DNA from: Mobula hypostoma
Lineage: Eukaryota
DNA length: 64,000 nucleotides
Assembly: GCF_963921235.1 (NCBI RefSeq)
Contig: NC_086101.1
Coordinates: forward strand, 5,086,001-5,150,000
Direction: 5' to 3'
The translations under genes and the position numbers were made by a program. Under the pieces are notes generated by a model that was not told the origin of the DNA, made no database searches, and was given only the letters and a program-made list of their open reading frames with translations. Positions 38,820-51,618 of this stretch are shown piece after piece. Within the stretch, counting starts at the first letter, position 1. Each line of letters opens with the position of its first letter.

Positions 38820-39219
38820 GAAGGACAGACGTATTAGGAGAATGGGCAAAGAAATGGCAGATGGAATACAGCATTGGGAAATGTATGGTCATGCACTTTG
38901 GTAGAAGAAATGAAAGGGTTGACTATTTCCTGAAGAGAAAATATGAAAAACCTGAGGCACAAAGGGATTTGGAAGTTCTTGGTAGGTTGAGTTGGTACTG
39001 AGGAAGGCAAATGCAATGTTAGCATTCATTTTGAGAGGACTAGAATATAAAAGCAAAGATGTAATGTTGAGGCTTTATAATGCACTGGTGTGGCCTCACT
39101 TGGAGTATTGTGAGCAGGTTTGGGCACCTTATCTTAGAAAGGATGTGCTGACGTTGGAGAGGGTTCAAAGGAGGTTCACAAAAATGATTCCGGTAGAGGG
39201 GTTTACCCCAGGTTATTGA

Positions 39220-41591
39220 AAGAGGCAATAGACAAGATTGCTGGCCCCTTGACCAGTATCTTTGTCTCTTTTCTAGGCACAGTGAGGTCCTGGAGGACTG
39301 GAACAAGGGAAAATCCTGAGATTATAGACTGGTGAGTCTCACATCAATTGTAGGGAAATTGGTGGAGAAAATTCTTAGGGATAGGATATATGAACATTTG
39401 GAAACCATGACCTAATTAGGGAGAGCCAGCATGGCTTCGTGCATGGCAAGTCATGCCTTGATTGAGGTTTCAAGAGAGATTGATAAGGGTAGAGCAGTGA
39501 ATGTTGTCTACATGGATTTTAGTAAGGTGTTTGACAAAGTCCATCATGCAGGCTCATCTGGAAGATTAACAGTGGGGTCCATGGCAATTGGCTGTTTCAA
39601 TTCAGAACTGGCTTGCACAGAGAAGACAGAGGGTAGTGGTTGAAGGGACTTATTCGAGCTGGAGGTCTGTAATTAGTGATGTTCCACAGGGATCTGTGCT
39701 GGGACCTCTGCTGCTTGTGATGTATATGCACTCTTCCATCCTGATCAAAAAGGCGCAACAGCCCCTTTATTTCCTGCGGAGCATGAAGAAAGCTCACCTC
39801 TGTCCCAGGATACTGACGGACTTTTACCACTGTACCATTGAGAGCATACTCACCATCAGTGTGGTATGGCAATTGTCCCATATCGGACTGCAAAGCACTC
39901 CAGCGTGTGGTGAAAACTGCCCAGCGGATTATCGGCACCCGATTGCCCACCATTGAGAACAACTACCATCAGGAATTGGCTGTGGTCGGGTGCTGTATCA
40001 GCAAGTTTGTGGCATTGGAGGTTCATGGCAGGAAGAGAGTTTCTCTTCCTTCCACTGTCTACGTGAGATGATGGGACTTTCGAGAGACTTTGGGACTTTT
40101 TTTATCGTGCCCATGGTCTGTTCTTTATCAAATTACGGTATTGCTTTGCACTGTTGTAACTATATGTTATAATTATATGGTTTTTGTCAGTTTTTTTTAG
40201 TCTTGGTTTGTCTTGTATTTCTGTGATATCATTCTGGAGGAACATTGTATCATTTCTTAATGCACGCATTACTAAATGACAATAAAAGAGGACTGTGTGT
40301 CTTCATAATCTAAAAAAAAACGCTGCCTGGGCAGGGCGAAAAGCTTTATCAGGGATGCATCTCACCCTAACCATGGACTTTTTACTCTCCTCCCATCCGG
40401 TAGGCGCTACAGGAGCCTCCACTCCCGCCCCAGCAGGCACAGGAAGAGCTTCTTCCCTGAGGCTGTGACACTGCTGAACCTCTCATCACAGCACTGAGCA
40501 GTATTGTATCTGTATTGTACTGTCTCAGTAGTTTTATATTTGTGTGCTGTAGGACTTACTTTTTATTCACAGTTATTTTGTAAATCACACTGTTCTTTGC
40601 ATTTCTGGTCAGATGCTAAATGCATTTCGTTGGCCTTGTATCTGTACTCGGCACAATGACAATAAAGTTGAATCTAATCTAATCTGAATGATCTGGATTG
40701 GGTTGGTTAGTAAATTTGCGGATGATACCAAGATTGGTAGAGTTGTGGATAGGGCAGCAGAATGGCAAGGGATCCAGCATGATATAGATCAGTTACAGAG
40801 AAGGGCAGAGAAATAGCAGGGCAAATGCAAGGAGACAGTGACAAGATCCTTAACAGCATTGCTGAGCAGAGAGATCTTGGGATCCAAGTTCATAACTCCT
40901 TGAAAGTGGCTACACAGGTCGACAGGGTGGTTATGAAGGCTTACGGAATGCTTGTTTTTATTAGTTGAGGCACTGAGTTCAAAAGTGAGGGAGGTTACGT
41001 TGCAACATTGTCGAACTCTGGTTAGGTCACATAGACACATAGAAAACCTACAGCGCAATACAGGCCCTTCGGCCCACTAAGCTGTGCTGAACATGTCCCT
41101 ACCTTAGAAATTACTAGGCTTACCCATAACCCTCTATTTTCCGAAGCTCCTTGTACTCCAGCTCTGGAGTATCGCATACAGTTTTGGTCACTCTACTATA
41201 GGAAGGATGTTGAGGCTTTGGAGAGGGTGCAGAAGAGGTTTACCAGAATGCTACCTGTTTTAGAGGGCACGTGCTATCACGAGAGGCTGGACAAACTTGG
41301 GTTGTTCACTCTGGACGGGCGGAGGCTTTGGGGAGATCTGAAGGAGGTTTACACGATTGTGAGAGGCACAGATAGAGTATCTTTTTCCAGGGGTTGAAAT
41401 GTTTAATACCAGAGGGCGTGCGTTGAAGGTGAGAGGGGTAAATTTTCTTACTGAGAGAGGTGTGGGTGCCCTGGACTGCTGGTAGACGGAAATACATTAG
41501 TTGCAGAGGGTTCTAAGAGACATTTAGATGGGCACTTCAATGTGAAAAGGGCGGGGGGGGGTGGGGGAGGTGGGATATGGACATTGTGTAG
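39220..41591 (+). mobile_element. Decayed CR1 (itself interrupted by Rex1-type and other inserts); its 3' UTR resumes at ~52002-52090
   Basis: [25 protein letters not shown] and KFADDTK motifs; ggacattgtgtag|gtagggagg rejoins across the I-group element. Confidence 0.75.
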
Positions 41592-43335
41592 CTGGTGGTA
41601 GTTAAGTTGAGGCCAGGCTGGCCAGGGACGAGAGGTTCCTGACTTGCAAGGGAGTTGGAAATATCTTACCCAGATTCAGCCTAGTAGTTTGGAAAGGGTT
41701 AGTTTGTAGCCTATGGCTGCAAAAGGGAGGCGGGGGGGGGGGGTTTGAGATTAAAGGAGGAGGGCGGGAGACTGTGGAATACTCCAGAAGTAAGGGTAAC
41801 CGAAAAAGGGGTGCATCAAGTGAAAGACCTGAAGTAATGGGGGACAACAAATTGAGGAAGATGGGTGAACTGGAGGAATTTACAGTTCTGTTTAAAATTA
41901 CAGGTCAGAAGGAAGGGGAAGGAGGATTTAAAGCCCTTAATCCTTTGAAAGTGGCAGCAGCATCAGAGAACCGAATAGGTAAAGGATTCCAGGCCAAGAT
42001 TTTGTCTAATGGATTGCTGAAAATTTGTTGCAAAGATATTGACCAACATAACAGTGCTAAAATGGTGGGAAAATTGGCTGTGAAAGTGGAATGTGTTACT
42101 CTGAAAGAAAGGAAGGGAGTTAGGGGGATAGTGTGTGGTATTTGGTCTGGCATGACTGAAAAGGAAATTTTGGACAATATTAAAGGTGGTCCAGTGATTG
42201 AAGCCAAACAATTAAAATCGAGAGAAGGTGGTGATTGGGATTCTCCTGTTCCTCTGGTTTTTGCAGGTGATGTTCTTCCAACTAGAGTCTATCTTGGGTG
42301 CATGTCTTCTCAAGTTAGAGGATACATCAGGCCTCCCTTACGCTGTTATAATTGCCAGAGATTTGGACATGTTGCTGGTTCATGTTGAGGTGAAAGAAGA
42401 TGTATGAAATGTGGAGAGGATCATGATATTAAAGCATGTAAGGCAGCGGTGCCTGAATGCAGAAACTGTGGAGGGGACCATATAGCGGCGTTCAGAGGAT
42501 GTGAGTATTTCAGTAAGGCAAAGCAGATTCAGGATGTTAGTATCCAACAAAAATATCATATGCTGAGGCAGTAAAGAAAGTTGATAGAGAGCAAAGGATA
42601 AGTAAAGAAAAGATTGGAACGATGAGGAGTCAGTTCATTCTGAGTTCTCCAACTATGTTTGCTTCAGACATGTTGTTGATGACTAAAGAGTCTTTTTTGG
42701 CATTTGTTGTTGATGTACTGGTCGGGGCTAAAACTACAGCCAAGAGGTTGGATATGATAAAAATAGTTGTTGGAGCTGCAGAGAGATTCCTTGATATAAA
42801 ACAGATTTCGCCGGAAAAATTACGTGAGTATATGACAGACAAACAATCTCTGAATACTTCCCAGTTGTCGGGGTCAGAGAGTATGGAGGAGTTTTATGTG
42901 GATGAAGAGGCCAATAATTAGTATTTGGATGTTTTTAATATGACAATGAAGTTTAACCGCAAATGGTCAAGAATTTAAAAGATTTGTCGAAACTTTTAAA
43001 GATAAGCCTGATTTGATCTGTACACAGGAGACATGATTAGAGCCTCATTTAGATTTTGTCATCCCTGCATATGATAGTTTGAGAGCTGATAGAACGGGTA
43101 AATCTGGTGGAGGGTGTGCAACTTTCATAAAAGCAGGACTTCAGTTCGGAAGACTTGATTTTAAATCTAACCTTGAAATTGTGGCTGTGGAGGTTTGGAG
43201 CTCTCGTGGTCAAACAACTGTGATTAACTTTTATACTGTAATCCATGTAATATGATGTTATCAGATTTGGATGAAATTGTGAATAAGGTAAGATCCCCAG
43301 TAATCTGGGTTGGAGATTTCAATGCCCATAATCCT

Positions 43336-46300
43336 ATATTGAGCAATGAGGAAGGGTTAATTAGCAATCTTGTCGTGAGAGGCCCCTTGGGTAAGAGTGA
43401 TCATAATATGGTGAAATTCTTCATTAAGATGGAGAGTGACATAGTTAATTCAGAAACAAAGGTTCTGAACTTAAAGTAGGGTAACTTTGAAGGTATAAGA
43501 CGTGAATTAGCTAAGATAGACTGGCAAATGACACTTAAAGGGTTGATGGTGGATATGCAATGGCAAGCATTTAAAGATCGCATGGATGAACTACAACAAT
43601 TGTTCATCCCAGTTTGGCAAAAGAATAAATCAAGGAAGGTAGTGCACCCGTGGCTGACAAGAGAAATTAGGGATAGTATCAATTCGAAAGAAGCAGCATA
43701 CAAATTAGCCAGAGAAAGTGGCTCACCTGAGGACTGGGAGAAATTCAGAGTTCAGCAGAGGAGGATAAAGGGCTTAATTAGGAAGGGGAAAAAAGATTAT
43801 GACAGAAAACTGGCAGGGAACATAAAAACTGACTGTAAAAGCTTTTATAGATAATGTGAAAAGAAAGAGATTGGTTAAGACAAATGTAGGTCCCCTACAG
43901 ACAGAAACAGGTGAATTGATTATGGGGAGCAAGGACATGGCAGACCAATTGAATAATTACTTTGGTTCTGTCTTCACTAAGGAGGACATAAATAATCTTC
44001 TGGAAATAGTAGGGGACAGAGGGTCCAGTGAGATGGAGGAACTGAGGGAAATACATGTTAGTAGGGAAGTGGTGTTAGGTTAATTGAAGGGATTAAAGCA
44101 GATAAATCCCCAGGGCCAATGGTCTGCATCCCAGAGTGCTTAAGGAAGTAGCCCAAGAAATAGTGGATGCATTAGTGATAATTTTTCAAAACTCTTTAGA
44201 TTCTGGACTAGTTCCTGAGGATTGGAGGGTGGCTAATGTAACCCCCTCTTTTTAAAAAAGGAGGGAGAGAGAAACCAGGGAATTATAGACCGGTTAGCCT
44301 AACATTGGTGGTGGGGAAACTGCTGGAGTCAGTTATCAAAGATGTGATAACAGCACATTTGGAAAGCGGTGAAATGATCGGACAAAGTCAGCATGGATTT
44401 GTGAAAGGAAAATCATGTCTGACGAATCTCATAGAATTTTTTGAGGATGTAACTAGTAGAGTGCATAGGGGAGAACCAGTGGATGTGGTATATTTGGATT
44501 TTCAAAAGGCTTTTGACAAGGTCCCACACAGGAGATTAGTGTGCAAACTTAAAGCACACGGTATTGGGGGTAGGGTATTGATGTGGATAGAGAATTGGTT
44601 AGCAGACAGGAAGCAAAGAGTGGGAATAAACGGGACCTTTTCAGAATGGCAGGCAGTGACTAGTGGGGTACCGCAAGGCTCAGTGCTGGGACCCCAGTTG
44701 TTTACAATATATTGTTACGTACCCCGTAACTGGGTTGCCAAACCAGCAGAAATGGATCACTCAGTTGGAGTCTGGAGTACTAGAACTAAGAAAGTTTTAT
44801 TAAAGAAACAAGCAACACAGTAATCGAAAGGATAATAAATGCAACAATTCAACAATGATAACCACACATGTGCACAGAATTAAGATAACAGCATCAATCA
44901 AGCTCTATCGTTGTCTAGGGGTAAATGACCAATTTCAAAATGACTCAAAGTTCAGTCCAGTTTGTAGTTCAGTTCGCAGTAATCGCTGCCATGGCGATGG
45001 ACAAGGTGGGGGAAGAGAGAGATAGAATAGGAACAACTCATCATTCAGAACGGCTTCACTCACAGACCAGCGAGATGGCTCACAAACAGCTTTTGGGCAG
45101 GTCCTTGGTGATGTCACCTGAGGTCACCGACTGTGACCCCTCCTCCAGATGCGGTCGATCCTCTGCAGTGAACCCGGCACCCAGGCAAGGGCGGACACAC
45201 ACCGGGTTCCCGCTGATCGTACCTTTCCACCCTGTGCGTTGTCCGGTACTTCTCACCCACTCATGAGAAGCGCACCGCTTCCAGGGTCTCGTTACCTCGG
45301 GTGGCGTGTGTGTCTGTCTTAGCGAACCTGTCCCTTTTTATCCCCCTGCTGGGGTATCGCCTGTCCATCACTTCAAACAGTTCAGGGTTCAAAGGGGGGG
45401 AGCCGCTCCAGACAGCTCTTCCTCCCACATCCCTTCATTACACATCTCCAGACGCTGTTCCATTGTTCCTTATCTCTCCTTCCCCTGAGGGCAGGTGGCA
45501 GACCAACTGCTGATGCCACTGATGCTAGCCCAGGCCAGCAAACATCTTAATTTTATGTGTATTCTCGTAACAATATATTAATGACTTGGATGAGGGAATT
45601 AAATGCAGCATCTCCAAGTTTGCAGATGACATGAAGCTGGGCGGCAGTGTTAGCTGTGAGGAGGATGCTAAGAGGATGCAGGGTGACTTGGATAGGTTAG
45701 GTGAGTGGGCAAATTCATGGCAGATGCAATTTAATGTGGATAAATGTGAAGTTATCCACTTTGGTGGCAAAAACAGGAAAACAGATTATTATCTGAATGG
45801 TGGCCGATTAGGAGAAGGGGGGGTGCAACGAGACCTGAGTGTCATTATACACCAGTCATTGAAAGTGGGCATGCAGGTACAGCAGGCGGTGAAAAAGGTG
45901 AATGGTTTGCTGGCATTTATAGCAAGAGGATTCGAGTACAGGAGCAGGGAGGTACTACTGCAGTTGTACAAGGCCTTGGTGAGACCATAGAGTATTGTGT
46001 GCAGTTTTGGTCCCCTAATCTGAGGAAAGACATCCTTGCCATAGAGGGAGTGCAAAGAAGGTTCACCAGATTGATTCCTGGGATGGCAGGACTTTCATAT
46101 GATGAAAGGCTGGATGAACTAGGCTTGTACTCATTGGAATTTAGAAGATTGAGGGGGGATCTGATTGAAACATATAAAATCCTAAAGGGATTGGACAGGC
46201 TAGATGCAGGAAGATTGTTCCCGATGTTGGGGAAGTCCAGAACGAGGGGTCACAGTTTGAGGATAAAGGGGAAGCCTTTTAGGACCGAGATGAGGAAAAA

Positions 46301-46556
46301 CTTCTTCACACAGAGAGTGGTGAATCTGTGGAATTCTCTGCCACAGGAAACAGTTGAGGCCAGTTCATTGGCTATATTTAAGAGGGAGTTAGATATGGCC
46401 CTTGTGGCTAAAGGGATCAGGGGGTATGGAGGGAAGGCTGGTACAGGGTTCTGAGTTGGATGATCAGCCATGATCATAATAAATGGCGGTGCAGGCTCGA
46501 AGGGCCGAATGGCCTACTCCTGCACCTATTTTCTATGTTTCTACGTTTCTATGTTT
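43336..46556 (+). mobile_element. Young 5'-truncated CR1 inserted in the APE domain of the I-group element
   Basis: PLGKSDHN, RT motifs, (TTCTATGT)n tail. Host APE reads GDFNAHNP before the insert and resumes after 46556. Confidence 0.93.
44713..45572 (-). mobile_element. Solo LTR (860 bp, Gypsy-like) inserted in the CR1 RT
   Basis: Termini TGTTACG...CGTAACA (7-bp inverted); 4-bp TSD ATAT (44709-44712, 45573-45576); removal restores CR1 FTIYIND; AATAAA on the minus strand near 44800. Confidence 0.9.
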
Positions 46557-48015
46557 CTGTAGGGTCAGTGAAAGTAAAGATAGTAATGGACCAGTAGTAG
46601 AGGAGTTTCTAGATAAATACAACATGGTACTGCTAAATGACGGAAGGCCTACAAGATTTAATATTGTAAAGAACACATGTAGTCACTTAGACTTATCAAT
46701 CACTTCCTCAAATTTAGCCAGGGTTGGGGAATGGGATGTTGTGGACAGATACACACTAGGAAGTGTTCACTATCCTATATTATGTAGACTTGATAGAAAT
46801 TTGATAGTAGAAGTTGAGGAGAGGTCTGCTAGGTATAATTTTTCTTTGGCCCATTGGGATGAGTATCAGGAGAAAGCTGTGGATATAATAGAAGAGATTG
46901 ATAGCGAGGGCTCCATAGATGATTGGAATGAATCCCTCTGTTCTGTAATTCATAAAGTTGCTCAGTTGACTATTCTGCTACGGAATGTTCCTAAGGCTCG
47001 AGCATTAGCTCCGCGGTGGAATAAAAATTGTGATATAACAGCAAGAAACAGAAATAGAGCTTACAGGAAATTAAGAAAGTACCCAGTGTTAGATAATGTT
47101 ATGGAGTATATAAAGGAAAGAGCAGTAGCAAGGAGAGGAATTAAAAATGCAAAGAGGGATAGTTGGAGAAGATTTTGTGGAACCCTGGGCCCTGAGACAC
47201 CTATAAAGCAGCTATGGACGATCATTCACAGAATGTCAGGGATATATAGGAAACCATCTATCCCAGCTTTGCTGGAAGGAGATATTGAAGCTGTAACCAA
47301 TAAGGAAAAGGCTGATATGTTTGTAGAGGTGTTCCAAGCGTTACACAGTTCTGGAGATTAGGTGATTTGAGAAAGGAAATTATGTTAAAGGAAAGTTGGA
47401 AATTGGACAGGAGTTTGGATGATAATCGCTCCATAAATTTGTTTTCTGCCCTTCGGGAATTGCAAGAAGCTGTCCAATCAGGTTCAAACACTTCTCTTGG
47501 TAGGGATGGACTGTGTTATGCATTGCTTAAGCATTGAGATGACTCTGTATTAATAGAAATTCTAGCGTTGTTTAATTCAGTGTGGAAAGAAGGAAAATTA
47601 CCAGTAGAATGGAAGCATGTGGTGGTAGTTCCAGTTTTAAAGCCAGGTAAAGACGCGTCTAGTACCAGTTCGTATCGGCCTATGGCTTTAACGTCAGTGC
47701 TTTGTAAAATTATGGAACGAGTTGTCACCAACGGACTTGTTTATTTTTTGGAAAATAAGGGACATTTTGCTGCCTATCAAAATGGTTTTAGAACTGGAAG
47801 ATCAACAGTGGAATCTGTTGCCCTTTTAGATCATTATATTAAAAAAGCACTTCAAAATTGAGAAGTAATGGTAAGTGTATTTCTAGATATTGAAAGAGCA
47901 TATGACTGACTATGGAAGGATGGTTTATTAATTAAACTCTACAGTGCGGGAATTAGAGGTAGAATGTTTAATTGGATCAAAAATTTCCTTAAGGAAAGGA
48001 CAATTCAAATAAGAA

Positions 48016-48610
48016 TGGACATGGTGGAGGATTACAAATACCTGGGGATACGAATTGACAATAAACTGGACTGGTCAAAGAACACTGAGGCTGTCTACAA
48101 GAAGGGTCAGAGCCGTCTCTATTTCCTGAGGAGACTGAGGTCCTTTAACATCTGCCGGACGATGCTGAGGATGTTCTACGAGTCTGTGGTGGCCAGTGCG
48201 ATCATGTTTGCTGTTGTCTGCTGGGGTAGCAGGCTGAGGGTAGCAGACACCAACAGAATCAACAAACTCATTCGTAAGGCCAGTGATGTTGTGGGGATGG
48301 AACTGGACTCTCTGACGGTGGTGTCTGAAAAGAGGATGCTGTCCAAGTTGCATGCCATCTTGGACAATGTCTCCCATCCACTACATAATGTACTGGGTGG
48401 GCACAGGAGTACATTCAGCCAGAGACTCATTCCACCGAGATGCAACACAGAGCGTCATAGGAAGTCATTCCTGCCTGTGGCCATCAAACTTTACAACTCC
48501 TCCCTTGGAGGGTCAGACACCCTGAGCCAATAGGCTGGTCCTGGACTTATTTCATAATTTACTGGTATAATTTCCCCCGGGATCAATAAAGTATGACTAT
48601 GACTATGACT
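48016..48610 (+). mobile_element. Young Rex1/Babar 3' fragment inserted in the I-group RT
   Basis: Nearly identical to 6430-7176; (ATGACT)n tail; host reads TIQIR|IGG across the insert. Confidence 0.9.
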
Positions 48611-49285
48611 AATAGGCGGAACAAGTTCCAAGTGAGTTAAGATAGGTAATGGTACCCCTCAAGGAAGTGTCATTAATCCAGTTCTTTTTAATGCCATGAT
48701 AAATAATATCTGATCAGGTAGGGACAGGATTTGGCAAATCGTTGTTTGCAGACGATGGTGCAATCTGGAAAAGAGGAAGAAACGTCAAATATATATTAAG
48801 GCAGGTACAAAAGGCTTTAAGATCAGTTGAAAACTGTGCTAATAAATGGGGTTTCATGATTTCTGCTTCTAAGTCCAAATATATACTGGATGTGACTGGG
48901 GAGCAGGGCGGGAAACTATATACAATATGTCTAGCTATGAGTAGATCAGTTATAGATTATGGTTGTATTGCTTATGGTTCCGCTGCTACGGCAGTGCTTG
49001 GAAAACTAGACACTGTGCAGTCCAAAGCACTTAGGCTCTGTTGTGGAGCTTTTAGAACATCAGTCCCGGCATTATGTGTGGAGATGGGAGAAGTGCCCCT
49101 ACATATAAGATGAATTCTGTTGGGCCTGTAGTATTGGGCAAAACTAAATGGATTCAATCACAACTGTCCGCCAAAATCCTTGCACGGGAAGTCGGAACGC
49201 CAAAGTAAAATTAAAAGATATCCATTTTTAGATTTGGTTAATAACTGGGCTGTGGAATTGAAACTGACTGAGGAAGACATAGTTG

Positions 49286-49561
49286 CCATCACATCAGCTC
49301 CCTCATAGTTCCGCCTCCTTCTACTACTGCACATTGTTCTCCTGCCAATCACCTCCCTGCTTCCCCTCCCCCACCCCTTTGTCTCTGTCAACTACCAGCA
49401 TTCTTCAAACACTCCCCAAAGTTCGTCCTTCAGTCCTGACGAAGGGTTTCGGCCCGAAACGTCGACTAATCTTTTCAACTGATGCTGACTGACCTGCTGA
49501 GTTCCTCCAGCGCATTGTGAGTGTTCCTTTGACAACAGCATCTGCAGATTATTTTGTGTTT
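49286..49561 (+). mobile_element. Penelope terminal fragment with 9-bp TSD
   Basis: ACATAGTTG at 49277-49285 and 49562-49570; Penelope terminal sequence lies between them. Confidence 0.85.
49432..49467 (+). ncRNA. Minimal type I hammerhead ribozyme motif of the Penelope terminal repeat
   Basis: AGTC-CTGACGA-A-GGG(TTTCGG)CCC-GAAA-C-GTC-GACT: stem I AGTC/GACT, CUGANGA and GAAA core, stem II, loopless palindromic stem III (ACGT), GUC cleavage triplet. Confidence 0.8.
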
Positions 49562-49973
49562 ACATAGTTGACCAAATTTGCTTGCCATCCATTCCTTTTT
49601 GGCTCTTGCCAGAACCAGAAGTAGACCTATTCCTCCTTTTTCAGCTTCAAGGAAGCAGAGGAAATTCATCAGTGTTGATCACAATGAATATTTAAATAAT
49701 AAATAGGGATCTTATCTGAAGATTTTTACTGATGGCTCAGTGGACCCAGAGAGCAGTGAGGCAGGATTTGAGATGTATGTGTCTCAACTTGGAGTTAAGA
49801 TTGGTCACCGGGTTTCAGATGGTGTTCTGTCTTTGCAACAGAATTATTAGCAATCCTCTGGGCCTTATGGTGGATAGAAGACTCTCGACCACGTAGGGTT
49901 ATCACCTGTTCAGATTCTGCTGCTGCCTTAGAGTCTATAAAAGGGAATAAATCGAAAGATCATCCTGACATAG

Positions 49974-50331
49974 ATACACACATATAAATTGCTGGTGAAC
50001 GCAGCAGGCCAGGCAGCATCTATAGGAAGAGGTACAGTCGATGTTTCAGGCCGGGACCCTTCGTCAGGGCTAACTGAAAAAAGCGCTAGTAAGGGATTTG
50101 AAAGTGGGAGGGGGAGGGGGAGATCCGAAATGATAGGAGAAGACAGGGGAGGGGGGTCCCACTTTCAAATCTCTTACTAGCGCTTCTTTCAGTTAGTCCT
50201 GACGAAGGGTCTCGGCCCGAAACATCGACTGTACCTCTTCCTATAGATGCTGCCTGGCCTGCTGTGTTCACCAGCAACTTTTATGTGTGTTGCTTGAAAT
50301 TCCAGCATCTGCAGATTTCCTCGTGTTTGCG
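49974..50331. mobile_element. Penelope terminal fold-back insertion in the RNase H domain
   Basis: ~135-bp inverted arms; TSD TCCTGACATAG at 49963-49973 and 50332-50342. Confidence 0.88.
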
Positions 50332-50645
50332 TCCTGACATAGTTATTGAGATTCTCTTAGTGTTGTTTAGAGTAGGGAAGATGGGTTGTGCAGTCAGATT
50401 TTCATGGATACCTGGGCATGCTGGGGTGGAGGGAAATGAAACTGTGGATGGCATTGAAAAGTCTTCCTTACAGAGCAGGCAAGTAGAAATTAGAGTTTCC
50501 CTCGGCAGAGCAGAATTGAGAAGTAGGATTAAAAAAGGTATAGAGAAGAAGTGGCAGGAGGATTGGAAAAATGAATTAAGGGGCAGGCATTATTTTTCTA
50601 GTCACCCACTAGTTAAAAAGGTCTCAGACTGTTACCTTTTAAGTC

Positions 50646-51618
50646 ATACCAGCAAAAGAAATTGGAATCAGCAGAAGAACATCTAATAAGTTAGGGGTGT
50701 TTACAGTGGAGATGCTGGCAGTGTTGGTTGCGTTGCAATGGGTGCAGAAAGCCAGACAAGCCAAAGCATTGATATGTTCAGATTCATCCTCAGTTCTAGC
50801 AAGTTTAAGGTCTTTTCACACAATTAGTCGGCAAGATGTACTTTATGAAGTCCTTCAGTTAGTTACAAGAATTGCAAATCAAGGAGGTCAGGTAAAATTT
50901 CTATGGGTTCCAGCACATGTAGGGGTGAAGGGGAATGAGAGGGTGGATGAGTTGTCAAAGAGGGCGTTAAAGAAAGAAAATGTGGAAATGCACATTAGTA
51001 TCAGTAAAGCAGAGGTTAAGTGTGTAATCTGGGAAAAAGTCGACCGAATGTGGCAAGAAAGATGGGACAGGGAGGGGAAAGGGAGGCATTTATACCAAAT
51101 ACAAAAGAGTGTTGCAGTTACTAGGGTAGGTAATGGAAACAGAAGAGAGGAAATTGTGTGGACTAGGTTAAGACTGGGGCACTGTGCATTAAACAAAACA
51201 TTGAAAATGATAGGGAAACACCAGACAGGATTGTGTGAGGAATGTCAGGAAGAGGAGTCAGTAGAACTTGTAGTTCTGTGTTGCAGGAAGTATGGGATAC
51301 AGAGAGAGATGATGAGAAATAAATTAAGGGAGTTGGGGATGCAGGAATTCACATTAAAAGGGTTGCTGGGCATGGGTGAGAGAGCACAAGTCTGGGTATT
51401 TTTAGCGTTTTTAAGGGGTACAGGGGTTTTTTATAGAATATGATGAATAAACAGGAATAGGATACTAGGATGGTCAAAGATGGGAGGGTGAAGTGTAGGT
51501 TTGTGTGTGTGTGTGAAGGGATTTAGAATGTATGTCTAGTGCACATTCTGGAGCGGGGGGGGGTAATGCACCATTAAGCTGGATGCCAACCGCCGTAAAA
51601 CAAGATACAGACAGACAG
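50646..51618 (+). mobile_element. Second, different RNase H-bearing I-group LINE (3' end) nested in the first
   Basis: ORF 50697-51443 (EMLAV..ALQW, ICSDS, LWVPAHVGVKGNERVDELSK, TRLRLGH, CEEC); (CAGA)n tail; TSD ACCTTTTAAGTC at 50634-50645 and 51619-51630. Confidence 0.9.

Noticed and set aside
41774..42388. Zinc-knuckle protein as a domesticated host gene
   Set aside because: It is ORF1 of the I-group LINE, with an in-frame stop after the first knuckle and frameshifts.
47964..48533. Chimeric RT ORF fusing two LINE families
   Set aside because: A chance in-frame junction at the Rex1 insertion site, inside a host frame that is already disrupted.
50697..51443. Cellular RNase H gene
   Set aside because: It is a 5'-truncated LINE 3' end with a simple-repeat tail and a 12-bp TSD.
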